A stretch of DNA of 62,543 nucleotides, filler included, from Sphacelaria rigidula (GCA_964200075.2; 10 parts of 10 records of this genome joined end to end with filler, not necessarily neighbours in it); one strand, 5' to 3'; shown: positions 37,488 through 50,015, numbered from the whole stretch's first letter. Program-made: numbers and translations. Notes: generated from the sequence alone by a model not told the origin.

Positions 37488-37587
37488 NNNNNNNNNNNNN
37501 NNNNNNNNNNNNNNNNNNNNNNNNNNNNNNNTTAATTAATTAANNNNNNNNNNNNNNNNNNNNNNNNNNNNNNNNNNNNNNNNNNNN
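37488..37587. other. Artificial contig linker
   Basis: N44-TTAATTAATTAA-N44. Confidence 0.97.
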
Positions 37588-38432
37588 AGGTCAGGGAAAG
37601 CACGGCTTTTGAGTTGAGCCTCATTTTTTTTTTCAACCCCATTTTCGAAAATCGGCTGTTATGTTTCTGTCTGCGAAATTAGAGGAAAATATGTCATTTT
37701 TATTGACATGGGTCACCGTGCGAATCTCAAAAGCGGATTTCAGCTCACCGTGCGAATCTCGCATCACTCGGCGTATCTCTGTGTAGGCAAGATGATTTCG
37801 TGAGCTCCATGTTCTTGAGCAGCCGTCTCCCGCCGCATGCGAAATCGATGTTGCCTTCTCAGTACAGGCGATTGAAAACACGCCGAAACTGGCGCAGATT
37901 CCAAATTTAATACGATCCTATAACGGTCATATTTATACTGATCATCACTCCTTCATCGATCAATTCCCGAAACCCGATATAAGTCGACAGTGCGAATCTC
38001 GCGCTACTCGATGTATCTCGGAGTAGACTAGGTGACCAAGTGAGCTGCCCCATGTCTTTGAAGCAGCTACCGTATTTCGTGCTCGCGAACATCAATTTTG
38101 CGTTCTTGGACAGGTTTTGCCGCAGATGCTGAAAGAAACTCACCTGTTCGGGTTGGGGTGTTCCACCCTGCGATCCGTAGCTCAAGCTTTAAGCCTACCT
38201 GCAGTGGACCCTAAAGTGAACACAACGCCATCACAGACCGCCTGGTGGGCACCTACGGCTCTTGCAGCCCTTCAGGACGTTTAGAAACGCCAGGTACACA
38301 CTATACGCCTGGCAGCCCTTCGGGTCGCTAACATATCCTACGGCACGAAATCAAAAACGAGGAGTGTTGCACGTGGATGACAGCACCGAGTGACGAAAGA
38401 GCGGGTGCACAGTCACCGCGTAACTTTTCCTA

Positions 38433-39798
38433 CGTCGGACGAGCACGAGTGTGACTCGTGGCACTCGCAGTCGTTGGGCTGCTCGTTGGCCGTAAAAATG
38501 AATCGGGTGAGCACTCGAGTCATTGCTCGCTGTGGAAACAAATGAATAGGGCGAGCACTCGAGTCATTGCTCGTGATGAACGACTTCAGTGCAGGAGTCA
38601 GCAATCCGATGAGCAAATAGTTGTAATGAGTTCTTTGACGATCTTGAACCAAGAATCTTCTAGTTCATATGCATATCTGCCCATGTACAAGTGTCAACCG
38701 CATACACAGGTATTCAAGTACTTGCCTGCTCGACTGGCGGAACTTGACGACTTGGATGTATCCATCGTCGCGGGAGCCAAAGATGAGAGAGATGCAGTTC
38801 TGTCATGGGCGGAAACCCCAGGGGCCGGGGCGGGGGTAGAAGAAGCTAAGATATAGACACCTTGACAGACGTCCGTTGGTGGTTATTTTACTGAATGGTT
38901 TTGTGGTGGACGGAGCCACGGTTGTCTCGTCCAGGTAGGTCTCTGCGCCTCCATTTTTCTTGCAGAGCGATGATCGATCTGGAAAGGGGTACGTGTTCCG
39001 CTTGAGCCCCATTTCCCCGCGATATTGTGTTTGCGATAGGTGTCCATTTGTGTTATTTTTTCGTAAAAATGATATTGCAGGGGCCTCATTGATCATTTCA
39101 CTTGAAAATAAGACAAATGGACACCTGCCGCAAACACACGATGGTGGGGGAGATTGCCACAAGCATATTATCCAAAGGGGTTCGTACGATTTATAGTGGT
39201 CACAATATTACCAAATCCTACCGTTGGTTCACCAGGCTTCCACCATGTCTCGCGCCTCACTCACTCGTTCATCACTTCAGTGATAGATGATTGGCCCCTG
39301 GGTTGTTCAGAAAAGACACAAGCAAGCGAGTCATTGCTCGTGATGAAGAAATAGATGACTCGAGCAAACGAGCAAACGAGCCATACCACGTGAAAAATTG
39401 AATGACTCGAGCACGAGCCCTCGAGTCATTGCTCACTGTGGAAAGAAAAATTATAGGGCGAGCACTCGAGTCTTTGCTCGTTGTGGTAACAAATGAAAAG
39501 GGCGAGCACTCGAGTCATTGTTCGTTGGGGAAAAAAATAATAGGGCGAAACTCGAGTCATATCTCATCGTGGAAAAAGATCAATAGGGCAAGCACTCGAG
39601 CGTTGCTCGTTGTGGAAACAAATGAATGGTGCGAGCGGTCGAGTCATTGCTCGTTGGGGAAAACATTAATAGGGCGAGCACTCGAGTCATTGCTCTTTTC
39701 AAGAAAAGTAATGACTCGAGCACACGAGTCATGCTCGTTGTCTTTTGGAAAAACACCCACGAGTGCACTCGTCTAAATGAGTAATGACTGGTCCGACC
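38433..39798. mobile_element. TIR-bounded non-autonomous element with a ~43-bp subterminal array, interrupted at ~38590-39320
   Basis: Ends GTCGGACGAG / CTGGTCCGAC; about 10 units of GGGCGAGCACTCGAGTCATTGCTCG; the right end recurs inverted at 6024-6090. Confidence 0.65.
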
Positions 39799-40217
39799 TT
39801 TGAAGTGTTCGTCAAGGACTTCATCATATCTCCACCAGTGGGCATTTATATTTCTTGTGAGGAGTTCGCTCTCCATGTGGCACGGGCACTATAGTATGAC
39901 CAACCGATCGCACAAAATTTTCATGGCATTTTCTTTTACCCCTGGAACATGAGTTGAGGAACGGCCTTTGATGACGTTAGCTTTTCACTGCCGTACCGTT
40001 CGGAATTTCCACTATTCAGGAGATTCCACAAGAGACGCAGTAAACAATGTTTTCGTAAGATTGAGAGTAGAGGATACTTTTGAGAATGAACGGTCAATTC
40101 ATGAATGAATTTCTTCAGTTCCGAAATGTCCCTTCATGAGGTCCGATATTACTTCTGCAGTGGCTCGCCACTGAGGCGCTTGCTATCCCTGAGTAGGATA
40201 TCGACATGCAATTGTAT

Positions 40218-40575
40218 GCCGCCACGCCCCGGTGGTGTAATGGTCGGACTGTCGCCATTGGGGTGGGAAGAACGGCGGTTCGACTCCCGATACGTTGAGT
40301 TTCTTCTTCGTGATGTATGATTTCCACCGTGGAAAGCGTGAGAACGAGAGTAAACAAAGTGGTCGACTGGGTTCGTGTGACATGCGTTGACGCGGTGCGG
40401 GAGTGCTGACGCAGTCCGCGTGACCGACAAAACAGGCGCGTAACGGGGGAAAGACGGGTCGATCCCTTGAGGTGCGGAAGTGCTGACCCAATCCTCGTGT
40501 CCAAAATCAAAGGCGCGTACCGGGGGATAGACGGGTTGATCCCTTGAGACCACGGACTCATCCCGAGGAAGGGGA
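40218..40575 (+). mobile_element. tRNA-derived SINE-like element with an internal ~78-bp duplication
   Basis: A box TGGTGTAATGG at 40233-40243; B box GGTTCGACTCC at 40277-40287; second copy at 50116-50401(-). Confidence 0.8.
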
Positions 40576-41501
40576 GGAATTAGAAGAGTGAGGGAAAAAA
40601 AGACGCTGTAAGGCACATGGCAGTGATGGAGGCAAAGGTAAGCACACACGGAATGAAAAAATGGCTAAGGTAAAGGGAATGATCAAAGTCACCCTCAATC
40701 CGCGCTCTACTCTCAATCTCACGAAAACGTTGTCAGTAGTATTACTCAATAGTCATTATTTACACCCCGCGTACTCTGCATTCCGTCGTTGCCCCTATCA
40801 TACTCGCGACCACTGCGTTTGCTCCGCAGCGTCCATGACTTGCTAACCCACTGCGCTAGCGCCACATTACCTGGACCATGTACCATACACCGCACTCCTG
40901 CTGTTCAGCAAGCCGCATACGTGCGCCACGACGTCGCTATTAGACGGTGTCTCCGCTTGCTACGTTTCATCACTCGGCGGAACAACTGCAGAGCGGCTTT
41001 CTCAGCTGCTACAAATCAAGATAAGCCGACAGCTCCCTCACATTACTTGCAGACGAGGTACTCAAGTTTGCTTCAAATAACTGCAACGTCGACTATGTCA
41101 GATAAGGCCATGTATCATCAAAATCATCCACAGCCAAGCCCCACGAAACGGATCCATGACCCCCCCCCCTCCCCCGAAACTCCCCCTGGCAGAAGTCTGA
41201 CTTAAAAGTTGCAGACATGTGTACACAAAAACAGAACGATGGTCGATAAAACGAGGAGCAGAAGGGGAACCATCGAACGTCGCTTCAGGTATTTTCAACC
41301 ATCGCAATAATATCTTGAAAGACCAAAATTCATCACTTACAAAAACAAGATTACAAAAGGGACCAAATGATACTCCTCGTGTACACCACACGCACGCAGC
41401 ATACCACAAGGTTTATGGTATTCCGGATGCCCACGGAGCGACCAAGTGATCAACACCGGCCCGTTGTGCCCCAGCAATCAATGCGTTAGAGAGTAGCCAC
41501 A

Positions 41502-41729
41502 CTAGATGGTCTTAGCGCTTGAGGACTCGTCTACCGTGGTGCCACTAGCCGCCGCATCTCCTCCCGGAGTCGGCGCCTGCGGTGTATGATTTTCTGGACC
41601 CTGCGTAGCGCCTTGCTTTGCACCGTCCATGGCTTGAAGGGCCAAGTCGCTGACTTGCCTGACCACGTTGTTGAAAGCCGCGCCAGTCTGCTGCACGCCT
41701 GATGCCACCCGAGGATTGTTTTCAAGTGC
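41502..41729 (-). CDS. Terminal exon of a host gene; C-terminus loosely resembles Vip1/BPA1-type RRM proteins
   Basis: Pyrimidine tract and caacag| acceptor; ALENNPRVASGVQQTGAAFNNVVRQVSDLA...AKTI*; phase matches the upstream exon. Confidence 0.7.
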   Translation of the reverse strand, partial: ALENNPRVASGVQQTGAAFNNVVRQVSDLALQAMDGAKQGATQGPENHTPQAPTPGGDAAASGTTVDESSSAKTI

Positions 41730-42540
41730 CTGTTGCAACGAAGGTGGCGTAGAGAGTAGAATGGAGGCAGATGGTCTTCGGGTTTGAGGTTGAAAACAAA
41801 ATTTGCGACGGGAGAGCGGACTGCATGTCTCACGAATGATCGGAACGTTATACGGAAACTGGGCAAAAAGTTCGGCACTTTGCAGGTATGACCTCGGTAA
41901 ATAACCGGACATATCCCACTGCCACATATCGTGCGCGGCACCATCACCTCAACACTTTCAACCAAACCATTACAGATGGACTGCCACGAGGAAGTCAAAG
42001 TTCGAGAGAAAAAGGGTACTGCATTTAAATTATATGGATGCGTGTCATCGGCACCGTTTCTTTTCACCCCTACTTGTTGTCCTTTGCTTTCGTTCCCTCC
42101 TTCTTTTCCTTCTTTGTTTTTTCGACTTCCTCCGTTTGATTTGTTGTTTTGTTCACCTTGGGTAGATCCATTTTGTAGATCATCGTCAACGGCGGGATCC
42201 CCCGGGGATCAGCTGACGTGTGACATCAATCAAGCAATTGATCAATGTCTATCGTCCGTCACGGGCGATTGACGACACAAAAAGTACCGCGGTTCACATC
42301 AAAATCGTTTATCGCACAGCATAAGTGCGGGCGTATCTCACTCTCAACTTGGAGGTTGGAAACCTCGATTGCGCCAAAATAATCGTCGTTTTTCACCTCG
42401 TCACACATCGCAATAGTGTTGGGCGTGCGGGTGATATCCTGACTACAAGAGATTATCCCCCCTCCCCTCCCACGCCAAAAAAAAGAGGAGACATGAAAAA
42501 ATGTATCCCCATGTATTTATTACGGTAGATTGGACCATAC

Positions 42541-42601
42541 CTTATCCGCTGACTCCTTCGTCTTCTGCGCCCACCTCTGCGCCGCCTCAGATACACCCAG
42601 C
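42541..42601 (-). CDS. Penultimate 61-bp exon of the same gene
   Basis: ttgcag|G CTG GGT...GAT AAG|gtatgg; xLGVSEAAQRWAQKTKESADK splices in phase 0 to 41729. Confidence 0.7.
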
Positions 42602-43017
42602 CTGCAACACCAACACACAAACGCATGTGCGCCTTGGTCATACAACACTATTAAAAATTTGCAAGCTTCGCGACGTGATAGTTGTCAAGACAAACAAAAA
42701 TACTGCAGCGACCGACACGCGTGCGTTACAAGTGTCCTGTCTTCCCGCTACTCCTGCTCTTCGGTCAACGTGGAAGATACTCGTTGCGGACCCCTCAAAG
42801 CCACGAGAAGGGTGATGGGTTCAGAGAAACAGTGGGGGGAAGCTCAGGGATGAAACATAAGTCCACTTTGAGGTGGACACCAACAATAACTAATTACGAC
42901 GTTTACTCGAAAAGCGAGAGGAAATACCCCGAAGCAGCATAAGCCGGTAATGCGGCCCAATCGATCGTACAACGCAAGTACAGTTATGGTTGTGGGCTAC
43001 AACAGTTTCTGACACAA

Positions 43018-43076
43018 AATGTCGCGTGGTTCACTTCACCGGTCAATGTCGCGTGGTTCACTTCACCGGTCAATGT
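43018..43076. repeat. Perfect 27-bp tandem duplication
   Basis: AATGTCGCGTGGTTCACTTCACCGGTC x2. Confidence 0.9.
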
Positions 43077-43464
43077 GCCGAGCTTCAATCAAGGACACGA
43101 GCCTGTCTTGTGATCACAAAAAAATCACGATTAATTCAACGACAACGACAACAACAACAAAGCGAGAAAACAAGAAGGCTCTGCTAACCATCACAGCAAA
43201 ATAAACCCACAGCACGATAAATCCACCAATGCCTTATGCGACCGTCACACAGCAGTACATGGCCCTTCAAGGGTTGGTATCCGCTGGCAACAACGCTGTA
43301 AAACACGACCTTCACTGCGCAAGCTAGGTAACCAGGTTACCGTTCTCTTCCTCGCCTGTGTTTTTTTGCGGTGATCATGATGGTCGAGTTTGATTATAGC
43401 GTGCGGGGTCGGAGAACCTCAACTCCGCGCAAAGTGGATGGCCGTACTACGGAGTATTTAGATA

Positions 43465-43620
43465 GTGAGACACCCATGAAGCAGTGGGACCCGTGGCTGT
43501 TCTCTGGAGGTGACGATACCAGAAAATGAAGCAACTCATTGTAGGCTGTCATCCGTATGCAAGATAATTAGTGCGCTGTGGGCCGAACAATCTTAGCAGG
43601 ATGAAAATCGCCCCCCATCC
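43465..43620 (+). repeat. Dispersed repeat shared with 56115-56275
   Basis: CACCCATGA.GCAGTG...AAGCAACTCATTG.AGGCTGTCATCC...AACAATCTTAGCAGGATG. Confidence 0.8.
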
Positions 43621-43751
43621 GACTCGCCGAATATATCATGATGTTGCGATCGGTACGTACGGAATGGTTCAGACGAAAAAGGGGCGTACTCATTTGTTGC
43701 TTGCCTTAGTCGTTCGACCATTGACCACGCATCCCTTTCGAGACGGAGCAC

Positions 43752-43851
43752 NNNNNNNNNNNNNNNNNNNNNNNNNNNNNNNNNNNNNNNNNNNNTTAAT
43801 TAATTAANNNNNNNNNNNNNNNNNNNNNNNNNNNNNNNNNNNNNNNNNNNN
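43752..43851. other. Artificial contig linker
   Basis: N44-TTAATTAATTAA-N44. Confidence 0.97.
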
Positions 43852-43949
43852 GGTGTATGGAGAGTTGTTGTTTCTGTGATTGAGAAACAACGCTGGTTTT
43901 TCTGGAACTGCTGTTGAGCTGGTGAGGTGCTGCTTTGTGATTTTCTACT

Positions 43950-44300
43950 ATGTACACATATCGTGGTGACTCGGCGCTTGATGAGCAGCGTGGAGGTAGC
44001 GACAAAGCCTATCCGTTTGTTTTAACTGATGTGACGCAGGAATATGTCATCGTCGATGGTCGTGTTGTTCCTATACTGGCGCTGGAGATGCCGTACTACG
44101 GCCGCAAGTTTTCGAGCGAGAAATCAGCCGAGTTTCCACGGAAATATGAGCAATATTTGCGAGATGTAGATCAGGTAAACGCGCGGTGGACGAACCTTTT
44201 TGAGGTGGCAGCACTTTCTGACCTCATGTCGAAACATATTGCGATATGTCTGTGTGACACGTTCATGAAGCATGATTATGATGCTGAGAACGAGCAACTG
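43950..44300 (+). pseudogene. Gypsy gag N-terminal fragment, homologous to the gag at ~45290-45500
   Basis: LEMPYYGRKFSSEKSAEFPRKYEQY...LMSKHIAICLCDTF aligns with LKVPEYGRAFSEQASRRFYQRYREY...LVPKHIQNCVSDTIF. Confidence 0.7.
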
Positions 44301-44344
44301 CTTTGCTTTTCGCGTTGCGCAAGCGTGCGTCGTCCGGTGGGGCG

Positions 44345-44768
44345 CATCGCACTGTGAAGCGCGCACTTGTCACACAGCACCTGTCTGTGGAAGGGGGCAG
44401 GTATGAGAGCGCTCTCGCATGCACTGTGAAGGGCGAGAAGCATATGTGTGTCATAGGGGACAGGAACGACCGTGCGCTTGCCGAACATGCAGTAGGTGGT
44501 GCACGTTTGAAACGACACCGGGCAACTGCTTGCACTGTGAAAGCCGGAAAACATGTGTCTTCCCGAGGGGACGGGCACGACAGTACACCCGCTGAACGTG
44601 CAGTAGGTGATGCGCGTCTGAAACAACGATATGGGGCAGCTGCTTGCACTGTGACAGCCGAGAAACATGTGTCTGCCCAAGAGGACAGGCACGATGGTGC
44701 ACCCGCTGAACGCGCAGTCGGTGGTCCGCGTCTGAAACAACGATACAGGGTAGATGCTTGCACTGTGT
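44345..44768 (+). repeat. 111/114-bp in-frame tandem repeat (3 full units plus a partial)
   Basis: TGCACTGTG anchors at 44420, 44531, 44645 and 44759; translates as ACTV..EKH...DRHD...AERAVG..RLK.R. Confidence 0.85.
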
Positions 44769-45249
44769 GTAGAGAAAGTACAGTAGCACCTCTAGCATGA
44801 GGAGTACGGTAGCATATGAATATCAGTTTGGATCGTGTGACAACGGTTTGGAGGATGATTATTAAATGCGTAGCATACTATGTTTGTGAGGGGAGCAAAG
44901 AAGGACCACTTCTGGTCAACGAAAAACTGCTGTTTGTGTGACTGCTTGAGTCGTGAAGTCTCTGTAGCCTGTGACCGAGAGGAAGCCTTTGGAGCAGCAC
45001 TGTGACCTTGTTCTGATTTCAGACAGGTTCACAGTAAATGTTTATTCAGGAAACTTGTCGTTTCTGGATTAGGTTTTAGACGTCGCACCCGACTGTTTGT
45101 AGAACGTGAGGGCGCTCACGTTGAATAACGGGGGGGGGAAAAAGCGGCGGAGAGAGAGGCGCAGGCCACACGAATCCAAGGCGACGGCGGTGACAGGAGG
45201 CTGTTGGAAGGGTGGCAGCGCGAAGGGAAGGGGGCACCAGCGAGACGGT

Positions 45250-48200
45250 TGATGAGGTGAAGTTTGCAGTAACCGATTTGACCTTGGGTGGATCCTTAAA
45301 AGTGCCCGAATATGGGCGAGCATTCAGTGAGCAAGCTTCTAGACGCTTTTACCAAAGGTATCGCGAATATTAGGAGGCAGTGGGGAAAAGTAGCAAAGGC
45401 CGGCCGATTAAGTGCGCACTCTTGACCATGCAAGAGTTGGTGCCAAAACACATCCAGAACTGCGTGTCTGACACCATCTTTGACGGGTTGCCACTCGACG
45501 AAGACGGATTGCAGCAAGGGATTGCACGCCATGCCAAATGCTGGATCACTATGGAAATTGATCCTTCCGAAGCTGCAGCAGGTGCGAAAAAGGCCCTTGC
45601 CGCACGGTCTGAACCAATTGCAATGGGTCGAGTAGAAGTGCAATGGAGTTCACTACAGGAGTACTTCGCGGAAAATGCTGGTGCGAAGTACGTTTTCCTT
45701 GAATCTGACCGTACGTTCAAGGCTGGTCCAGCACACATTATTACCCGAGCTATGGTCGCCGGCCTGACCCCATCTGAGTTCAAGAACAAAGTTCACAATA
45801 TACTCTACATGAAAAGGAACTGGAAAGAGAGCCCGAGAGTGGTTTATGAGGTAGCTCATGACTTGGCGGAAAAATGGAAGACTGCTGAGGAGGTTGACAA
45901 ATACCGCCGCCAGCAACCGCAACTCAGGCAAAAAAGTGGCCCACAAGGCTCGAAAAAACTGACATCGAATGCCGGCGCGGCGGCTGCGGCCGCCGCAGCA
46001 GGTAGTGGCGGTAAGAGCTCGAAAAAGCCCCACAAACCTGGTCCGAGCTATGCAGGTTGTTTTGAGTGTGGCGATAAGGGCCACAACAAGAAGGGCTGTA
46101 ACAAACAGAGCACACCTGCGGCCGTGGTGAGTGCGTCAGATGGACAAGCAAAGTCGTCGCCGCCGCTGCAGCAGCAGCAGCAACAGGTCCATGGTCAGCA
46201 GGGGGGCAGTAAACGTCCTGTTCCCACACGGGCTGTTTTCCCAGAGGATGGAACGCCAGGGGGTGCTAGTAGTGCGGATAGCATGGTGCCGCCCCAGCCT
46301 CAGACAGCCATACAGGAATAGTACGTCTCAGACAATGCCGGTATGGCGAGGTCTGCCCACCGCTGAGATTGCAGATTTACAGGCTGAGGGTGTAATAGTT
46401 GACCGCAAGCAGCGATGCTACCGGGCAGACTTGTCCGTTCCACGTTCCATAGTCAAGAACGTTTGCCCTGTTACTGCAGTTTTGGAGTCGGGGGCTGGCA
46501 TCACTATCATGTCTGTAAAACTGGCGGCCCAGTTGCAAGCAGTGTTTCCTGATGTGTCAGTCGTCACAAGTATGACTCGTGCACACCCGGTGAAACTAGC
46601 TGATGGTAATGTACAGAGTATGCAGTCGAAGACGTGCCTAGTGCGCACCGCTCTGCACACCAGCTGGGGACCAGTGGTGTTGGACCCGTGTCACTATGCG
46701 GTTATGCCAGGTGCCGATGATGTGGTGATCCTCGGGAGCGGTACGCTGGAGCCCATGGGCATTGACGTGTACAGTGGGCTGGACGCATGCTCACGCTCAA
46801 GACACGCGTTGGCGAGAGGTGTAAATACGCCTGAATTCCGAGAATATAGGCGTGTGAGCATTGCGATTGAGGCATTACAGAACCCAGGTGGACAAGAGGA
46901 GCCTGTGAATCCCTCCGTTGAGCGATTGATGTCGCGTGGTCCCGAGATGAACGTGATCCCAGAGGAGGAGCTGGCAGAGCGTCGTGTCGCACTGGATCAT
47001 GCAGTACAGGCGGCTGCGGACAAGGGTATGTCGGCGAGCGGCGTTGATAAGCTTCGGGAGGTTATTGGGCGCCGTGTCAACGCTTTTCGGCGAGCACTGC
47101 GCGGTGATCCGTCTGTTCGAGTAGAGCCATTGAAGGTGAGATTCAAACCTGGGGCTAGAGCAGTCAAGGCAAGTCCGCGGGTGTATTCCCCTGTAAAGGC
47201 AACGTGGTTAGCTGGGTGTATGGCGACGCTGGTGGCGCTTGGGCTAGTATTTCGCAGCTTACAGGCGGTGTGGGCGAGTGCGGCTATGGCGACGCCGAAG
47301 ACGGGCGGTTATCGACTGGTGCGTGATTATCGCGCAGTCAACAAGCAGATTGAGAAGGTTTCGAATGTTATGCCTAACCACGAGGTGGAGATGATCGACC
47401 TGCTAGGCGCTGCGTGTTTTGGCAAGATTGATATGCTGCAGGGGTACTAGCAGATGCCGTTGGCGACTGATGCACAAGAAATATTCACGATCGCGACTCT
47501 CAAAGGTATGTTTACCCCCACACGGGTGCCGCAAAGGGTGTTGAATGCGACGGGGTACTTCCAAGGCATCATGACAAGATTATTGACCGGACTTCAGTGC
47601 AAAGCATGGGTGGATGATATCTTGTGGTGGGGTAAAGATGAGGATGATCTGTTGTGTACAGTGGACGAGATTTTGGGCCGTTTGGAGGATACTGGTCTTT
47701 TTGCGGCTGCGCATAAGTGCATGTTCTACGACACAGAGATCACGTGGTGCGGAAAGGCCTTTTCAGGTGGTCAAGTGGCTGATGACCGCGAGAGACTGAG
47801 TGGGCTGGCCAATCTCAGGCACCCACGCACAGTAGGCGAGCTTATGTAGCTCCTGCAGGCGGTAAACTTGCGGAGGTGGTGAAGCCGCTGCGGGTATGAC
47901 TGGAGGAACACATGCAGGGGAACGTGCGCCGTACCAAGCGAGTGGTGTCGAACCGGACAATCGAAGAGTCGGCATGGACGTCTAGGCGTGCTCAGGCGTG
48001 GCACGAGGCGCAAGATTTGGGGGCGCATGCTGTCGCTTTGTCATGCCCCAAGCAGGGGTATGAGGTGCTCACGTTTCCAGACGCATCGGATCTACACTGG
48101 GGAAGTTTTCTTACGCAGGTGCCGGAGGATGAGCTGGGTGGTACATTGGCGGTGGAAGACATGAGCCATGAGCCGATGGGGTTTCTCAGCGGTACGTTTC

Positions 48201-49149
48201 GTGGAGCGCAGGTTTGTTGGGCTACGGTAGACAAGGAAGGCTATGCAATCCTAAGTACTTTCCGTATGTTGGAGTATCTTCTACGGGGTGGGGTACATAT
48301 CTCTACAGATCATCATAACCTGGCATACATGTTTAAACCCGAGGCGTGCGTTGCATTCGTGTCTAAGACTACTGCCCAGAGGCTTGAGCAATGGAAGGCT
48401 GTGCTTGGGCAGTACGATCATTACTCCATCAGGCACATTGCTGGTAAGCGCAAGTACTGGGGAGATTTATTATCAAGGTGGGTAACAAACGTTCGGGCGG
48501 TGTCTATGCGTGCTGCGGCCGTGTTTGCGAGCGGTCAGCCTGATGAAACGCTGCCGTCGAAGAACGCTATTCGTGAGGCCCAAGAGCAGGCCCAAGCCGG
48601 GTTCGGAGTGATGGATGCTGGAGCCCCTACTTTTGCAGCAGCTGTTGGGCGAGTTTCGAAAGCAGTGAGGGTTTATTTCGCGTGCATGTAGCAGGGCGGA
48701 ATTTGTTGTGGATCCCGCCGCAAGCAAAAGAGGTGCAAACGCGCTTGATGGTGTGTGCTCACATGAAGGAGGCGGGTCATCGGGGTGTTGTAGCGATACT
48801 GCAGCGGCTTCAAGAGTATTGCTATCGGTTTCGGATGGAAGCTCATGTGACGGATTTTGTGAGGAAATGCTTACATTGTGTGGACTCGAAAGCGGGTGAG
48901 ACGGTCCCGCGGCCACTGGGGGAGACAGTGCATGGCACACGGCCCGGTGAGGTGATACATTTTGATTATCTGTACGTTGGCGAAAGTGGTCCGCTGGGCG
49001 AAAGCGGCCTGGATAAAGGCGACGGGTACATATTTGTAATGATGTATAATCTGTGCCATTTCGCGTGGTTGGAGCCCACCGAGTCTGGTACAGCTGCAGC
49101 GACTGTGCAGCATCTGCTGGCGTGGTGCAAGACGTTGGGGGCATCGTGA
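45250..49149 (+). pseudogene. Ty3/Gypsy gag-pol relic (gag-PR-RT-RNase H-partial integrase)
   Basis: Knuckle CFECGDKGHNKKGC; protease VLESGAG (D to E); RT DYRAVNK...KIDMLQGY*QMPL...AWVDDILWWG; RNase H FPDASDLHWG, DKEGYAI, TDHHNL, GDLLSRW; integrase HMKEAGH...CLHC, HFDYLYVG; truncated at ~49145; several stops and frameshifts. Confidence 0.95.
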
Positions 49150-49871
49150 TCTGACCTGATGCGGTCTGATATTGTACGCTTGTCTCTTGCTGACATCGTA
49201 GGGTACTGTCAGTGTCTACCGTTTGTCACGTTCGCTTTACACTTCGAGTAGTGCGAAGTTTTGGAGGGTGCTGTAGAGTAGTCCACCTACAATATAATGC
49301 AACACGTAGATATGCGGTGGATCCTGGATTGGTTGGTTGGAGGATGACTATTGGATGTGTAGCACATCGTGTTTGTGAGAAAAGCCCATGAAGCTTACTT
49401 CTGGTTAACGAAGACTGCTGTTTGTACAAGTGCTTGAAGTCTTGAAGTCTCTGGAGCCCGTGACAGCGAGGAAGCCTCTGGAGCAGCACTGTAACCTTGT
49501 TCTGATTCCAGGCAGGTTCACAGGTCCTGAATCCAAGTTGGAATATTCTATCTGGGTGCTTTCCAGGGTGTACTCGGTACATTGAGTTTGAGAACGATTT
49601 CACTACGATGATCAATGATGGTGGAGATCGAGGTCCGTTTGCCGTTGTTGGATTGGTATACATGGCTTGAAGAGTGGTTTGAGCCATGGCTTTTTTTTTC
49701 AGTATGATCATGAGTTGAGTGGCGCAATGAAGCTTCGAAGCTTTCACGAAGAGGTGTGCGGTGCATACGTTTTCACGGAGTTGAACAAGCAAGAGACCAG
49801 CTGCGTTCTAGACGTGTTGGATACTCACTTGATTCTAGTTTCAGGTATATTGCTTGGAGCCATCCTACGAT

Positions 49872-50015
49872 AGAGGGGGGGTGGTATTTGGTTGCCCGAA
49901 AAACGAGGCTCACAAGTGTGTCGAACATTCTTCCACACTTGCGTTGCGCTCGTTTTTGGTTTCAAACGGTGTCAGGCAGTACGGACGAGCGTTATTGATC
50001 CACATCAAGCTTGTT
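49872..50015 (+). mobile_element. Possible polypurine tract and start of a 3' LTR
   Basis: AGAGGGGGGG (49872-49881) followed directly by TG at 49882, downstream of the Gypsy pol. Confidence 0.45.

Noticed and set aside
39320..39790. CRISPR-like repeat-spacer array
   Set aside because: Spacers are short, A-rich and similar to each other; repeats are degenerate; no cas genes; eukaryotic context; bounded by TIRs.
40218..40295. Functional tRNA genes here, at 29317 and at 50330-50401
   Set aside because: A and B boxes are present but no complete cloverleaf or acceptor stem forms, and each continues into a repeat body, so they are treated as SINE heads.
44848..49523. LTR pair flanking the Gypsy gag-pol
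   Set aside because: The duplicated segments lack TG...CA ends and adjacent PBS/PPT; a PPT-like tract lies further downstream at 49872.
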